Source: Magnetococcales bacterium
Lineage (GTDB): Bacteria; Pseudomonadota; Magnetococcia; Magnetococcales; JADGCL01
Length of the DNA: 64,000 nt
Assembly: GCA_015229005.1 (NCBI GenBank)
Contig: JADGCL010000002.1
Coordinates: 12,577 to 76,576 of the forward strand
Reading direction: 5' to 3'
This document shows positions 42,191 to 51,854 of the stretch, piece by piece. A program made the translations under genes and the position numbers. The notes under the pieces are model-generated. The model was not told the origin of the DNA. It was given only the letters and a program-made list of their open reading frames with translations, and made no database searches. Numbering within the stretch: position 1 is the stretch's first letter; each line of letters begins with the position of its first letter.

Positions 42191-43387
42191 CTACCGCAGA
42201 AAATCCAACAGCGACGTGTTGAGAATCTGCCGCTGACTCGTCGACATCACCTGCATTGCCTGCGTCGTCTTCTCCAGATCCGTCAACACCGCGAACAGAT
42301 CCGCCTCCACGTTGGTCGCCTTCACCCCCGACAGCGTCGTCTCGTCCAATTGCAGGGTATGATTGACCGCATCCACCTGGGTGTTGCGAATCCCCGTCAG
42401 CGACTGCATGTCCGCAAGCTGCGCCCGACACTCCTGGACCTGGGTCAGACGCGCCGCCAACTCCCGGTTGTCGTGCCGCAACAGCGCCCCGCGCATCCCG
42501 GCCAACACACCGAAGATGTTGATGTCCCGACCAAAACCTTCGCCCTCGATCACCTCGGCGCCGGTGACGTTGCCGAGCATCACCCGACCGTTCAAAGATT
42601 TGACGGCCCGGTCCTCTCCACTACCCTGGTACTTCGGGACAACCTCGAAGAAGTAGGCATCACTTCTGTCGGTCGGGGTCGCCAAAACCGTGACGGTCAA
42701 TCCCCCTCCCAGGTCGAGCTTCGGCGGCGTCCCGGTCGCCTTCAGATCCTCACGCTTCTGGCCGTTGACATCGACCGTCCAGGTCCCTTGCAGATCCTCG
42801 TAGGTCAACTTCACCGAGAGCGGGATATCCGTCAGCCCGTGCTCCTCGGTGACCTCGGCCACCAGAACGTTCGCAGCCTCGTGCATCGTGTCCAGGTTCC
42901 CGGTCCGCCGCAGCACCGGCGTCGTCGTCAGGCGGCTCTCGGTGAAGGGCGACCGCGTCCGTGCCCCGCCAAACACCGGCACCCCGTCCAGCTCCTGGTT
43001 CATCGCCTTGAAGAGATCCTGGTAGATCCCCACCGCCTCCTCCGAGGCCGCCGTCAGGATCGACGGGTCTCCCCCTGCAAAATCGTTGCCCAAACGCAGC
43101 ACCAGATCCTGGGCACTCAACATCCGCGTATGCATCTCCTCGAGATTGGCATCCGCCAGACGCATCCGCTGCGAGGCAAAATCGGTCGTCTTCTTCAGGC
43201 TCGCCACCCCGTCCAGGTCCGACGAGTAGAGCAGGTGCCGGAAGGTCCCCGTCGGGTCATCGGAGGGACGATTGGTCCGATTGCCGGTCAGGGTCTTCTC
43301 CTGCACCCGTTGCAGATCACGCTGCTGGCTCTGCATCGCCTGCGCCGTACCCTGAAACAACTGGTTCTGGGTCACTCGAATCGCCAT
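42191..43387 (-). CDS. flgL: Flagellar hook-associated protein FlgL
   Basis: MAIRVT, TGNRTNRPSDDP, VFGG, C-terminal SLLDFLR. Confidence 0.9.
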   Translation of the reverse strand: MAIRVTQNQLFQGTAQAMQSQQRDLQRVQEKTLTGNRTNRPSDDPTGTFRHLLYSSDLDGVASLKKTTDFASQRMRLADANLEEMHTRMLSAQDLVLRLGNDFAGGDPSILTAASEEAVGIYQDLFKAMNQELDGVPVFGGARTRSPFTESRLTTTPVLRRTGNLDTMHEAANVLVAEVTEEHGLTDIPLSVKLTYEDLQGTWTVDVNGQKREDLKATGTPPKLDLGGGLTVTVLATPTDRSDAYFFEVVPKYQGSGEDRAVKSLNGRVMLGNVTGAEVIEGEGFGRDINIFGVLAGMRGALLRHDNRELAARLTQVQECRAQLADMQSLTGIRNTQVDAVNHTLQLDETTLSGVKATNVEADLFAVLTDLEKTTQAMQVMSTSQRQILNTSLLDFLR

Positions 43388-43402
43388 CGCCGTCTCCCGG
43401 GC

Positions 43403-45139
43403 CTAGACCATGCTCACGATGCTTTTCAGAAGCTCGTCGGCAGCCGTCACCATCTTGCTCGACGCCTGAAAGGCCCGCTGATAGCGGATCAGATCCGTCA
43501 ACTCCTCCTCCAGCGACACCCCGGAGTACGAATCCCGCAGATTCTTGAGAAAATCCTGTGTCGATCCCTGCGCCTTCAGCGCCTCATCGTTGCGTTGGAT
43601 CGTCGACCCCAAAATCCCCACCATCGAGGCGTAGTGGGCCGTCAGCGTCAGGTTGTCGTCGAAAAGCTCGTACTTGCTGGTCCGCAGCTCCCCCAGGGCA
43701 ATGGCGCCCCGGTTGTCGGCGTCATTGAAGGTCACCGTACCGTCGGCGTCCACCTCGAGACGACCGACCCCAAGCTTGTCCGGGTCCTCCACCAGCTCGT
43801 CGCTCACCTCGAAACTCCTCGCCCCCACACTCGAGAAGAGCGCCCCCACACCCAACGCCGCCAGCACCCCGGAGGTGTCCGAAACCACCCCGTACACCCC
43901 AGACTGGGCCGAGAGCTTCAGCCGATTGCCGACAATCTCCGCCTTGATCGCCGGCGAGGCATCCAGCGCCGCCCGAATCGCCTCGATCGAGGCGCCGGGA
44001 TCGATCGCCACCGTATCGGTGGTCAGATGGTCGCCGTCGGCCCCATAGGCGAAGGTGACGCTCCCCGCAGTCACCCGGCCCAGGTCCGGCGGCGAACCGA
44101 CGTAGTCGTCCGAGGTGGCATCCGTCACCAATGCGTTCATCGCCGTCGTCAGGTCGCCGCCCAGGGAGAACGCCCCGGTCTGCCCGGAAAAAAGTGCCTG
44201 GCTCACCGATTGGCTGCTCACCCGATTGAGCTGCCAGCGCAGCTCGTCGGTGATCGTCTTGAACCGGGTCAGGAGCCCGTCCGGTCCGTGGATCACCTCG
44301 TCGCGCACCTCCATCAGACCCCGGATCTGACCGCCGATCATGCTGGTAAAATCACGCCCGTTCAGGGAGATCCCCGGGTACCCCGAGGCCGTCTGCTGCG
44401 CACTCCGGGTGAAGGTGGCGGCGTAGACCGTGTCGGCCAAAAGCTCCTGCCCCTTCGCCGTCATCACCTGCACCGACCCGTCCTGCATATCCAGGGTCTG
44501 GATGTCCACCATTTCCCCCAGGGCGGTGATCTCGTTGCGCAGGTGGTCCTTCAGGTCCAGGGCCGGGCGCGTCGCCTCGGTCCGACCGATCTGGCCATTC
44601 AGCTTGCGGATGTTCTGCAGCCGACCATTGATGTCGGCCATCACCACGTCGATCTCCTTGTCCACCGGCATGGCCCGGTCCCGGAGCGACTCCTGCATCT
44701 TGTTCACGAAACCGGCAAGTCCTTCCGCCCGGCTCACCAGATCCGCCCGACCCACCGGATTGGTCGGGTTGTCGGTCAGGAGATCGGCGGCGCTGTAGAG
44801 CGAATCCAGCCTCTCGGAGAACCCATCCCCGTCCATCTCGTTGAAGACATTCTCGACAATCGTCAAAAACCGCTCCCGCGCCTGCAACCGACCCATCTCG
44901 CCGTTGCCCATCGCCAGCCGCCGATCCAGAAGATTGTCCAGCTGCCGCTTCGCCTCCTGGACCTGTACCCCGGAGCCGATCCGCCACTCGCCCCAGCCCG
45001 GCTCCGATTGCAGACTCACCGTCTGCCGCGAATAGCCAGGGGTGTTGACGTTGGCGATGTTGTGGGAGACCGCCTGCATCGCGCCCTGGTTGGCGAAGAT
45101 GCCGAGCTTGGAGACATTCAGGAGATCGGAGATGCTCAT
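43403..45139 (-). CDS. flgK: Flagellar hook-associated protein FlgK
   Basis: SHNIANVNTPGYSRQ, SGVSLEEE, YQRAFQASSK. Confidence 0.94.
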   Translation of the reverse strand: MSISDLLNVSKLGIFANQGAMQAVSHNIANVNTPGYSRQTVSLQSEPGWGEWRIGSGVQVQEAKRQLDNLLDRRLAMGNGEMGRLQARERFLTIVENVFNEMDGDGFSERLDSLYSAADLLTDNPTNPVGRADLVSRAEGLAGFVNKMQESLRDRAMPVDKEIDVVMADINGRLQNIRKLNGQIGRTEATRPALDLKDHLRNEITALGEMVDIQTLDMQDGSVQVMTAKGQELLADTVYAATFTRSAQQTASGYPGISLNGRDFTSMIGGQIRGLMEVRDEVIHGPDGLLTRFKTITDELRWQLNRVSSQSVSQALFSGQTGAFSLGGDLTTAMNALVTDATSDDYVGSPPDLGRVTAGSVTFAYGADGDHLTTDTVAIDPGASIEAIRAALDASPAIKAEIVGNRLKLSAQSGVYGVVSDTSGVLAALGVGALFSSVGARSFEVSDELVEDPDKLGVGRLEVDADGTVTFNDADNRGAIALGELRTSKYELFDDNLTLTAHYASMVGILGSTIQRNDEALKAQGSTQDFLKNLRDSYSGVSLEEELTDLIRYQRAFQASSKMVTAADELLKSIVSMV

Positions 45140-45211
45140 ATCGCTGGTTTCCCACTCGTTGGTCCGGGGCCTTTTCCTGCCCGCCGGTTCCGGCTTTACG
45201 AACCCGATCGT

Positions 45212-45227
45212 TGCACCACTCGTGCCA
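45212..45227 (-). promoter_or_regulatory. Putative sigma-54 promoter upstream of flgK
   Basis: TGGCACGAGTGGTGCA (GG-N10-GC), about 70 nt upstream of the flgK ATG. Confidence 0.6.
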
Positions 45228-45347
45228 AGTGTCGATTTCCCCCGAAATCACCCCAGGTTCAGCCCCCACAAATACAGAATAAGGCCTTGAATTTTGCATA
45301 ATTGCCAAGTTCTGCCGACACCACGCCGACGCTCCGCCAGCAGCCAG

Positions 45348-45363
45348 CGCAGATCTTGTGCCA
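45348..45363 (-). promoter_or_regulatory. Second putative sigma-54 site upstream of flgK
   Basis: TGGCACAAGATCTGCG (GG-N10-GC). Confidence 0.4.
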
Positions 45364-45558
45364 AAGCTTCCGTTTCCCCTCCAGGGCCGGCAAACTTTAC
45401 CTCTCCCACACCCATTGCCGACCTCCCGGACCGGAAACGAACACCCGATCGACCGCCCCAAAGCGACCGGAACGACCATCGACAGGCCATGACGACGGGG
45501 GAACCCTCGTGATACCCTATGATTTTTCGGAGCCTTCGGTAACCTTCCAGGACCTCGG

Positions 45559-46386
45559 ATGAACTATTCGCCCCTCCTGACCGTCATGGTCCGCGCCGCC
45601 CGCAAGGCCGGCGCCCTCGCCGTCCAGTTCTTCGATCGCCGTCACCAACTGGAGGTGGCCTTCAAGGGCAAGGATGACCCGGTCACTTCTGCCGACACCG
45701 CCGTGGAGAAGGAAATTCTCTTCCACCTCCGCAAGGCCTATCCGCGTTACGGAATCCTGGCCGAGGAGAGTCCCCCGTCGACCGGCAAGGAAGAATGGCA
45801 GTGGGTGGTCGACCCCATCGACGGCACCCTCAACTTCCTCCACGGCAATCCCCACTTCGCCCTCTCGATCGGCCTGGCACGGGGCGACGAGCTCCAGGCG
45901 GGCGTGGTCTACGACCCGGTCCGCGACGAACTTTTCACCGCCGAAAGGGGAAGGGGGGCCTTTCTCAACGACCAGCGTATTCGCGTCAGTGATCGCGGCA
46001 CCTTGAACGGGGCCCTGATCGCCACCGGTTTTCCGTTGCGCCGGAAACACCTGGCCGCCCCCTATCTCTCCTCGTTCGCCGCCGTCTTCGCCGCCAGCGC
46101 CGATATCCGCCGCGCCGGCAGCGCCTCGCTGGACCTGGCCTATACTGCCGCCGGTCGCTTCGATGGTTTCTGGGAGTCGGGGCTGAGCCCCTGGGACATC
46201 GCCGCCGGCTGCATCATCGTCCAGGAGGCGGGGGGGTTCTGCAGTGATTTCCAGGGAGGCAATCAATTCCTGGGTTCGGGGAACATCGTCGCCGGCAATC
46301 CCAACCTGCACCGGCACCTCCTGACGACCCTGGAGGGATCGGAGCTCCCTCAGGCCCTGGGTCAATCCGGGACCGGTCCGGGATAA
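45559..46386 (+). CDS. suhB: Inositol monophosphatase family protein
   Basis: WVVDPIDGTLNF, RRAGSASLDL, WDIAAG. Confidence 0.92.
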   Translation: MNYSPLLTVMVRAARKAGALAVQFFDRRHQLEVAFKGKDDPVTSADTAVEKEILFHLRKAYPRYGILAEESPPSTGKEEWQWVVDPIDGTLNFLHGNPHFALSIGLARGDELQAGVVYDPVRDELFTAERGRGAFLNDQRIRVSDRGTLNGALIATGFPLRRKHLAAPYLSSFAAVFAASADIRRAGSASLDLAYTAAGRFDGFWESGLSPWDIAAGCIIVQEAGGFCSDFQGGNQFLGSGNIVAGNPNLHRHLLTTLEGSELPQALGQSGTGPG

Positions 46387-46392
46387 TCGGGA

Positions 46393-47262
46393 TCACAACT
46401 CCAGAGCCACCATCTCGCTGTAGAGAAAATCCACCTCCCCGGCCCCGGCGGGGACTCCCACCGCCGGCGGGCGATAGAGGCGCGGCTGGGTATCCTCGGC
46501 AGCCCAGGCCAGAACCGGTCGGGTCGCCACGAGACGGGTCGGAATCGACAGCAGGGCCACCCCCAGCCGCCTCCGAACGCCGGCGGCCAGAGGACCCAGA
46601 CCCCCGGCGAGGATCCCGGGGTCGCTCGCATGCAGAACCCGCAACATCGGCAACCGTTTGTAGCGGCAAAACGTTCCCACCAGGTACGACCATCCCGCCC
46701 CGCCATCGCCCAGGGCCAGATGCACCAGCCAGGGATAGCGCCGGTGCCAGCGGAAATCCTCGGCGGCCTGACCGCGCAGCCGCTCGCCGATAGCGGCGTG
46801 ATCCCCGACCACCTCCCAGCGCCGCGAGAAGAACCCGGTCGGGGAGAGGGCCGGGACGACCCAGAATCGACCCGGCAGACGCCGAAAACCCAGCCGCTCG
46901 CAAATGGCCGCCACCTCGGCCGTCGGCGTCAGACTGGTGAAATGACACCCCTTCCGCCCCAGCGCCGCCAGCAACAGCCGCAGGCTCTCCCGACGCCACG
47001 CCGGCAGGACGCACCAACTGCCCAGGTTGCAGAACAGCGCCTTTTGCCCCGCAACCGACCGCTCGGAATAAAGACCCAGAATGACCCCCACTACCCGCCC
47101 CTCATGGCGCAAATGAAAGCCGTAATCGGGCTTGTCCGACAGCCAGGGATAGCGACAAAGTCCCAGCCAGTCGGCGACCGGAATATGGGACGGCAGCTCT
47201 TCGTGCAGAAACCGGCAAACCGGGTCGAGATCCGCTTCCTGGATGGGACAAAGTGTGGCCAT
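46393..47262 (-). CDS. GNAT-like acyltransferase / hypothetical (start uncertain)
   Basis: GRVVG, CNLGSWCVLPAWRR (motif A-like), ERLGF. Confidence 0.55.
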   Translation of the reverse strand: MATLCPIQEADLDPVCRFLHEELPSHIPVADWLGLCRYPWLSDKPDYGFHLRHEGRVVGVILGLYSERSVAGQKALFCNLGSWCVLPAWRRESLRLLLAALGRKGCHFTSLTPTAEVAAICERLGFRRLPGRFWVVPALSPTGFFSRRWEVVGDHAAIGERLRGQAAEDFRWHRRYPWLVHLALGDGGAGWSYLVGTFCRYKRLPMLRVLHASDPGILAGGLGPLAAGVRRRLGVALLSIPTRLVATRPVLAWAAEDTQPRLYRPPAVGVPAGAGEVDFLYSEMVALEL

Positions 47263-47513
47263 ATCGCGCCCGGAAAGAGGATAGATCTCCTGCAAAAGGA
47301 AGGAGCTCCATGACGGAACCGTCAGATCAAGTCCCTCCCTGGAAGACTCTTCCCGTCCATCAACAGGCCAACGAGGGAGAGACCCCCATCCTGGAGAATG
47401 ACCCGGCAAAGGTCAACACCGACCGCCGCCGGACAAACCCGCCCCGAAAGGAGATGAATCGGGCCAGGGGATTGCGGTATGATGGCAACCGCTTGCCACC
47501 GGAACGGATCATG

Positions 47514-47573
47514 TCGGGGGCTTCGCCCCCGAACCCCCACTGGGGGGCGGCAAAGCCTCCCCCCAGACCCCCC
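47514..47573. repeat. REP-like palindromic element related to those at 5275-5417
   Basis: GGGGCTTCGCCCCCGAACCCCCACTGGGGGGCGGC...AGCCTCCCCC aligns with the copy at 5352-5417. Confidence 0.75.
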
Positions 47574-47601
47574 AGCCCCTTTTGGGAAGTGGGAAGTGCT
47601 T

Positions 47602-48423
47602 ATGACGCCCCCCGGAGATCCGGTCGACTCCTACTCGCGACTCGGCGCCGGAGTCTACGAAGACGCGGTCAACAAGAGTCTCCTGCACTACGGGGAGGCG
47701 AGTCGGGAGTTCCTGGAGGGGCTCTGCTGGCGGCCCGGGGAGCGCCGCCTCCTGGACATCGGCTGCGGCACGGGGATGCTCTTCGATCTCCTCGGAGAGA
47801 AACTGGCCGCGTTGGGCATCACCGCCCTGGGGATCGACCCCGCCGCCGGAATGTTGGCCATCGCCCGGGAAAAACACCAGGGAAAACCCCATCTCACCTT
47901 TGCGGAGGGTTCCTTCGAGCGGATCCCGCTCCCCGACGACGAGGTCGACCGCATCGTCTCGGTCTTCGCGCTCCACTGGGTCCCCGATATCGCCGCCGCG
48001 GCCCGGGAGATGGCCAGGGTCCTCAAAAAGGATGGGGAGGCGGACCTGATCCTGATCGCCAAGGGGGACGGCGCCAGGTTTCACAAGGCGGTGAGTCAGG
48101 CCCTCCGCAAACATCTCTCCTTCGCCGAGATCATGAAGACGACCACCATGGTCCGCAGCGTCGACGAGGCAAAACTGCGCCTGGCGCTGGAACCCCTGAT
48201 CGCGGGAAGAGAAAGCCTGATCCGGACCCGCGAGCGCGTGGTCCATGCCAGCTTCGAGGAGCACATGCGCTGGTGGCAGGCGCGGGCGGCCACGGTCTTC
48301 GCCACCGTCCGGGACAAGGAGAAGTTCCTCGGGGATCTCCGCGAGGAGTTGGAAAAAACGGCCACGGATCAGGGGATTCCCTTCGATTCGGTCACCATCA
48401 CCGTGCATGTGGGAGCAGCCTGA
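47602..48423 (+). CDS. Class I SAM-dependent methyltransferase
   Basis: LLDIGCGTG, GIDP..GML, FALHW, RVLKKDG. Confidence 0.9.
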   Translation: MTPPGDPVDSYSRLGAGVYEDAVNKSLLHYGEASREFLEGLCWRPGERRLLDIGCGTGMLFDLLGEKLAALGITALGIDPAAGMLAIAREKHQGKPHLTFAEGSFERIPLPDDEVDRIVSVFALHWVPDIAAAAREMARVLKKDGEADLILIAKGDGARFHKAVSQALRKHLSFAEIMKTTTMVRSVDEAKLRLALEPLIAGRESLIRTRERVVHASFEEHMRWWQARAATVFATVRDKEKFLGDLREELEKTATDQGIPFDSVTITVHVGAA

Positions 48424-48426
48424 ACC

Positions 48427-48651
48427 ATGAAACGGGAAGAGATCGTCGAACGGTTGAAGGCACGATTGGCAAAGGAGAAGATCGTCATCCGCGAGGAGAC
48501 GGATCCCCTCGATCTCGACTCCTTCCTGATCGTCGAACTCATCGCCTGGGCCCAGGACGAGCTGGGGATCGCCCTGGATGTGGCGGCAATGGATTTTTCG
48601 GTCTTTGCCAGTTTCGACGCCCTCGCGGAACACATCTTCGACACCCAGTGA
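48427..48651 (+). CDS. Acyl carrier protein-like protein
   Basis: 74 aa, acidic; LDS phosphopantetheine-site motif (DLDSFLIVEL); 3 nt after the methyltransferase stop. Confidence 0.75.
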   Translation: MKREEIVERLKARLAKEKIVIREETDPLDLDSFLIVELIAWAQDELGIALDVAAMDFSVFASFDALAEHIFDTQ

Positions 48652-48678
48652 GCCGGGCGCGGCGCAAAACCGGGCCAT

Positions 48679-49662
48679 TCAGGGAACGGCGACCCTCGCC
48701 AGGAGTTCGGCGACGAAGCGATCCGCCGTCACCCCTTCCGCCTCCGCCTCGTAGGTCAGGATCAGGCGGTGGCGCAGGACCTCGAACGCCACCGCGTGGA
48801 AATCCCCGGGGGTGACGTAGTCGCGCCCCGAGAGCCAGGCGTGGGCCCGGGCGCACCGGTCCAGGGCGATCGTCGCCCGGGGGCTCGCCCCGTAGCGGAC
48901 CCAGCCCGCCAGCTCGCTCCCGAAGGGTGACGGATCCCGGGTCGCCAGGACCAGACGCACCGGATAGGACTCGAGGGCGGGGGCAAGATGCACCTCCAGG
49001 ACCTGCCGCCGGGCGGCGAAGAGGGTCTCCTGGGTCACGACCGGCGGCGGCAGGAGCGCCGTCGCGTCTCCGGGGGCGGCCAACGCCGCCAGCGCCTCGC
49101 CCCGGGCGAGCCGCAGGATCTCCGCCTCCGCCCCGGCCCCGGGGTAGTCGATCCGGACCTTCATGAGAAACCGGTCGAGCTGGGCCTCGGGCAGGGGGTA
49201 GGTCCCCTCCTGCTCGATCGGGTTCTGGGTCGCCATCACCAGAAAGAGCCGCGGCAGGGGATGCGTCTCCTGCCCCACCGTCACCTGCCGCTCCGCCATC
49301 GCCTCCAGCAGGGCCGACTGCACCTTCGCCGGCGCCCGGTTGACCTCGTCGGCAAGGACTAGATTGTGGAAGACCGGTCCCGGACGGAACCGGAACGACC
49401 CCTCCTCCGGGCGATAGACCTCCGTCCCCACCAGGTCCGACGGCAGGAGATCCGGGGTGAACTGGATACGGTGGAAATCCCCCTCCAGGGAGGCGGCGAG
49501 CGCCCGCACCGCCCGCGTCTTCGCAAGCCCCGGCGCCCCCTCCACCAGAAGATGCCCATCGGCCAGGAGGGCCACCAGCAGGGAGCGGATCAGCCCCTCC
49601 TGACCGATCACCTGCCGTTCCAGATGTTCCCGCAACGCCCGCAAGGCTTCCTGTCCCGACAC
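48679..49662 (-). CDS. MoxR-family AAA+ ATPase (start uncertain)
   Basis: GHLLVEGAPGLAKT, RIQFTPDLLPSD, LADEVNRA, ATQNPIEQEGTYPLPEAQLDRF, GASPR. Confidence 0.95.
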   Translation of the reverse strand: MSGQEALRALREHLERQVIGQEGLIRSLLVALLADGHLLVEGAPGLAKTRAVRALAASLEGDFHRIQFTPDLLPSDLVGTEVYRPEEGSFRFRPGPVFHNLVLADEVNRAPAKVQSALLEAMAERQVTVGQETHPLPRLFLVMATQNPIEQEGTYPLPEAQLDRFLMKVRIDYPGAGAEAEILRLARGEALAALAAPGDATALLPPPVVTQETLFAARRQVLEVHLAPALESYPVRLVLATRDPSPFGSELAGWVRYGASPRATIALDRCARAHAWLSGRDYVTPGDFHAVAFEVLRHRLILTYEAEAEGVTADRFVAELLARVAVP

Positions 49663-49945
49663 CGTCTTCACCCCTCCGCCAGCGTCCACCCGCCCCCACC
49701 CTCCCAATCAGGGATTATTTCATGCGGCCGGCGGCGGCTGTCAACCCATCCCCCCAGGAAAAAAACGGCACCGATTTTTCCCCATCCGGGGTGTCGCCGC
49801 GACCTTCACCCCCTGTAGACTGGCGCCGACGCCCGACCCCGCTCCTTCGAGGGAGCCCGACCGGCCCTCTCCCCGAGCCTCACGCCCCCGGACCGTCCCG
49901 CTAGGACCGTCCGGGAACAGGGGAAGCGGCCCAACCTCTGGACCG

Positions 49946-50563
49946 ATGCCGACCATGACGACCGAAACCCTCGCCGCCACGCTCCCGATGGCCCAGATAT
50001 CGGCCATTCTCACCGCCTACTTCCCGGTGGCCCTGGCGGAGATGGGTGACAAGAGTCAACTGGTCTGCATGACCCTCGCCTCGCGCTATCGCCCCTGGCC
50101 GATATTCCTCGGCGCCGGGAGCGCCTTCATCCTCTTGAACATCCTGGCGGTCCTCTTCGGGGCGACGGTGGCCGCGTGGGTCCCGGAGCGGCTCCTGACG
50201 ATCGGCGTCGCCCTGCTCTTCGCCGGTTTCGGGCTCCACACCCTCTTCGCCGCTGAACCGGACGCAAAAGAAGCTGCGGTGGAAGGCCCGCACCACCACG
50301 GGGCGATCACCGCTTTTCTGATGGTTTTTCTGTCGGAGTTTGGGGACAAGACCCAGATCGTGGTCGCCGGCCTGGCCGGAACCGCCGCGAGCCCTGCCGC
50401 CATCTGGCTCGGGGCGACGGCGGCCCTCCTCACCACCACCGCCCTCGGCATCTGGGCGGGACGCGCCCTCCATGGCAGGCTGCCGCTCGCCCACCTCAAA
50501 CGCGGCGCCGGCATCCTCTTCCTGCTGCTCGCGGCCATGGCAGCGCTGAAGGCGGCGGCCTGA
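49946..50563 (+). CDS. TMEM165/GDT1 (UPF0016) cation transporter
   Basis: Two ExGDK motifs (AEMGDKSQ, SEFGDKTQ); about six TM segments. Confidence 0.92.
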   Translation: MPTMTTETLAATLPMAQISAILTAYFPVALAEMGDKSQLVCMTLASRYRPWPIFLGAGSAFILLNILAVLFGATVAAWVPERLLTIGVALLFAGFGLHTLFAAEPDAKEAAVEGPHHHGAITAFLMVFLSEFGDKTQIVVAGLAGTAASPAAIWLGATAALLTTTALGIWAGRALHGRLPLAHLKRGAGILFLLLAAMAALKAAA

Positions 50564-50831
50564 AGAAGCGCCCCTTCCCAGGAAGTTCACCTCCGCAATG
50601 CGAAGGCCCGCCCTTTCCCAAGAACTCCACCTCCACAAAAGGTTCGATGGAGCGTCTCAAAAGGTGATGATCCGTCCAAAGAGGTCTGGTAGGATGGGCG
50701 GGGGAGGTTCTGTGAGCGGTGCGTGGAACGTCTCCTCTCCCGCGCAGGAAGTCCGCCGACGCGGCGCTGTGCCTCGGTCGGTGAAATGACAAGGGAAGGA
50801 GCCGGCAGGACCGACGCAAAAGGAGATCACC

Positions 50832-51134
50832 GTGAGTGCTGCCGTAACGTTCGACACCCATGCCTACATCAAGGAACTGAAGGCCGCCGGGTTTACCGAG
50901 GAACAAGCCGAAGTCCAGTCAAAAGCCCTCTCCAGCATCTTCAGGGCGAACCTGGATGAGTTGGCCACAAGACGGGACCTCAAGGAACTGGAGCTGTCCA
51001 CCAAGGGAGATTTGCGGCAGCTGGAAACCAAGATCGCCGAGGTCAAGGCCGAACTCATCAATTGGATGTTCGGCGTGGCCGCCGGGCAGGCGATGTTCAT
51101 CATCGCCATCCTCAAAATGTTCCCATCCCGCTGA
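50832..51134 (+). CDS. DUF1640/CCDC90-like coiled-coil protein (paralog of 24394-24699)
   Basis: FDTHAYIKELKAAGFTEEQAE, LATRRDL; C-terminus WMFGVAAGQAMFIIAILKMFPSR identical to the other copy. Confidence 0.85.
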   Translation: MSAAVTFDTHAYIKELKAAGFTEEQAEVQSKALSSIFRANLDELATRRDLKELELSTKGDLRQLETKIAEVKAELINWMFGVAAGQAMFIIAILKMFPSR

Positions 51135-51147
51135 ACCCCGGTGATTC

Positions 51148-51708
51148 CTAGCGAATCACCGCATGCAGGCGGATCGCGAGTACCCGGGGGGACATTTCCC
51201 CGAGCTGCTCCAGGAGCCCTTCCAGGACGGAAACCTTCTCGTCATCGCGAAAGAACTCCCGGACCTCCTCGCTGAAACGGTCGCTCCCGACCTCCCGATT
51301 GGCGAGATCATCGGCCAGGAGATACCCCTCCGCCGTCAGGCTCGGCAGTCCCACGTCCCCGGTCACGACCCCTTCGCGCCGCTTCTCCTCGAAGAGGGGA
51401 CCCCATTCGCGATAGTCGAAGCGGCCCCCCGGCTCCCCCCGCCCCCGCGGCCTGGCCCGCGTCATCGGCATCCGCGCCGCCACCTCCCGCAGCAGGGGCT
51501 CGCGACGCATCCAGCGGACCAGGAGACTCAGGCAGTCACGGGCAAAGAAATGCCCACTCCCCCGATTTCCCTGCCAGGAACGCAAGGCATAGAGCAGGAT
51601 CGCCTGCGGCAGGCTTACCGGTCTCTCCCGAAAATCAAACGTAAACGTGTGCCGCCGCCCCCCTTCGCGGTATGTTGCCAGATCCTCCGGCGCAACCAGA
51701 CTCCCCAT
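51148..51708 (-). CDS. Hypothetical protein, possible Panacea/SocA/YwgA-like winged-helix domain
   Basis: GGAGAGGTGA upstream of ATG 51708; FDYREWGPL and SLTAEG motifs; co-oriented with the RADAR-like cluster. Confidence 0.55.
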   Translation of the reverse strand: MGSLVAPEDLATYREGGRRHTFTFDFRERPVSLPQAILLYALRSWQGNRGSGHFFARDCLSLLVRWMRREPLLREVAARMPMTRARPRGRGEPGGRFDYREWGPLFEEKRREGVVTGDVGLPSLTAEGYLLADDLANREVGSDRFSEEVREFFRDDEKVSVLEGLLEQLGEMSPRVLAIRLHAVIR

Positions 51709-51854
51709 CGTCACCTCTCCTCCCACTCTCCCATCGACACCCAGACCGGAGCTCTCCCGGAATCACCACGAAGGTGGTCTCGCGAAAATCATGCCGGCCC
51801 GACCCCTTTTGTCAAACTCCCGATCGCATCGTGCAGCAGACAAACAACCAGGGA

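Noticed and set aside
49700-49945. yybP-ykoY manganese riboswitch upstream of the GDT1 gene
   Set aside because: The GGGGAGTA signature was not seen.
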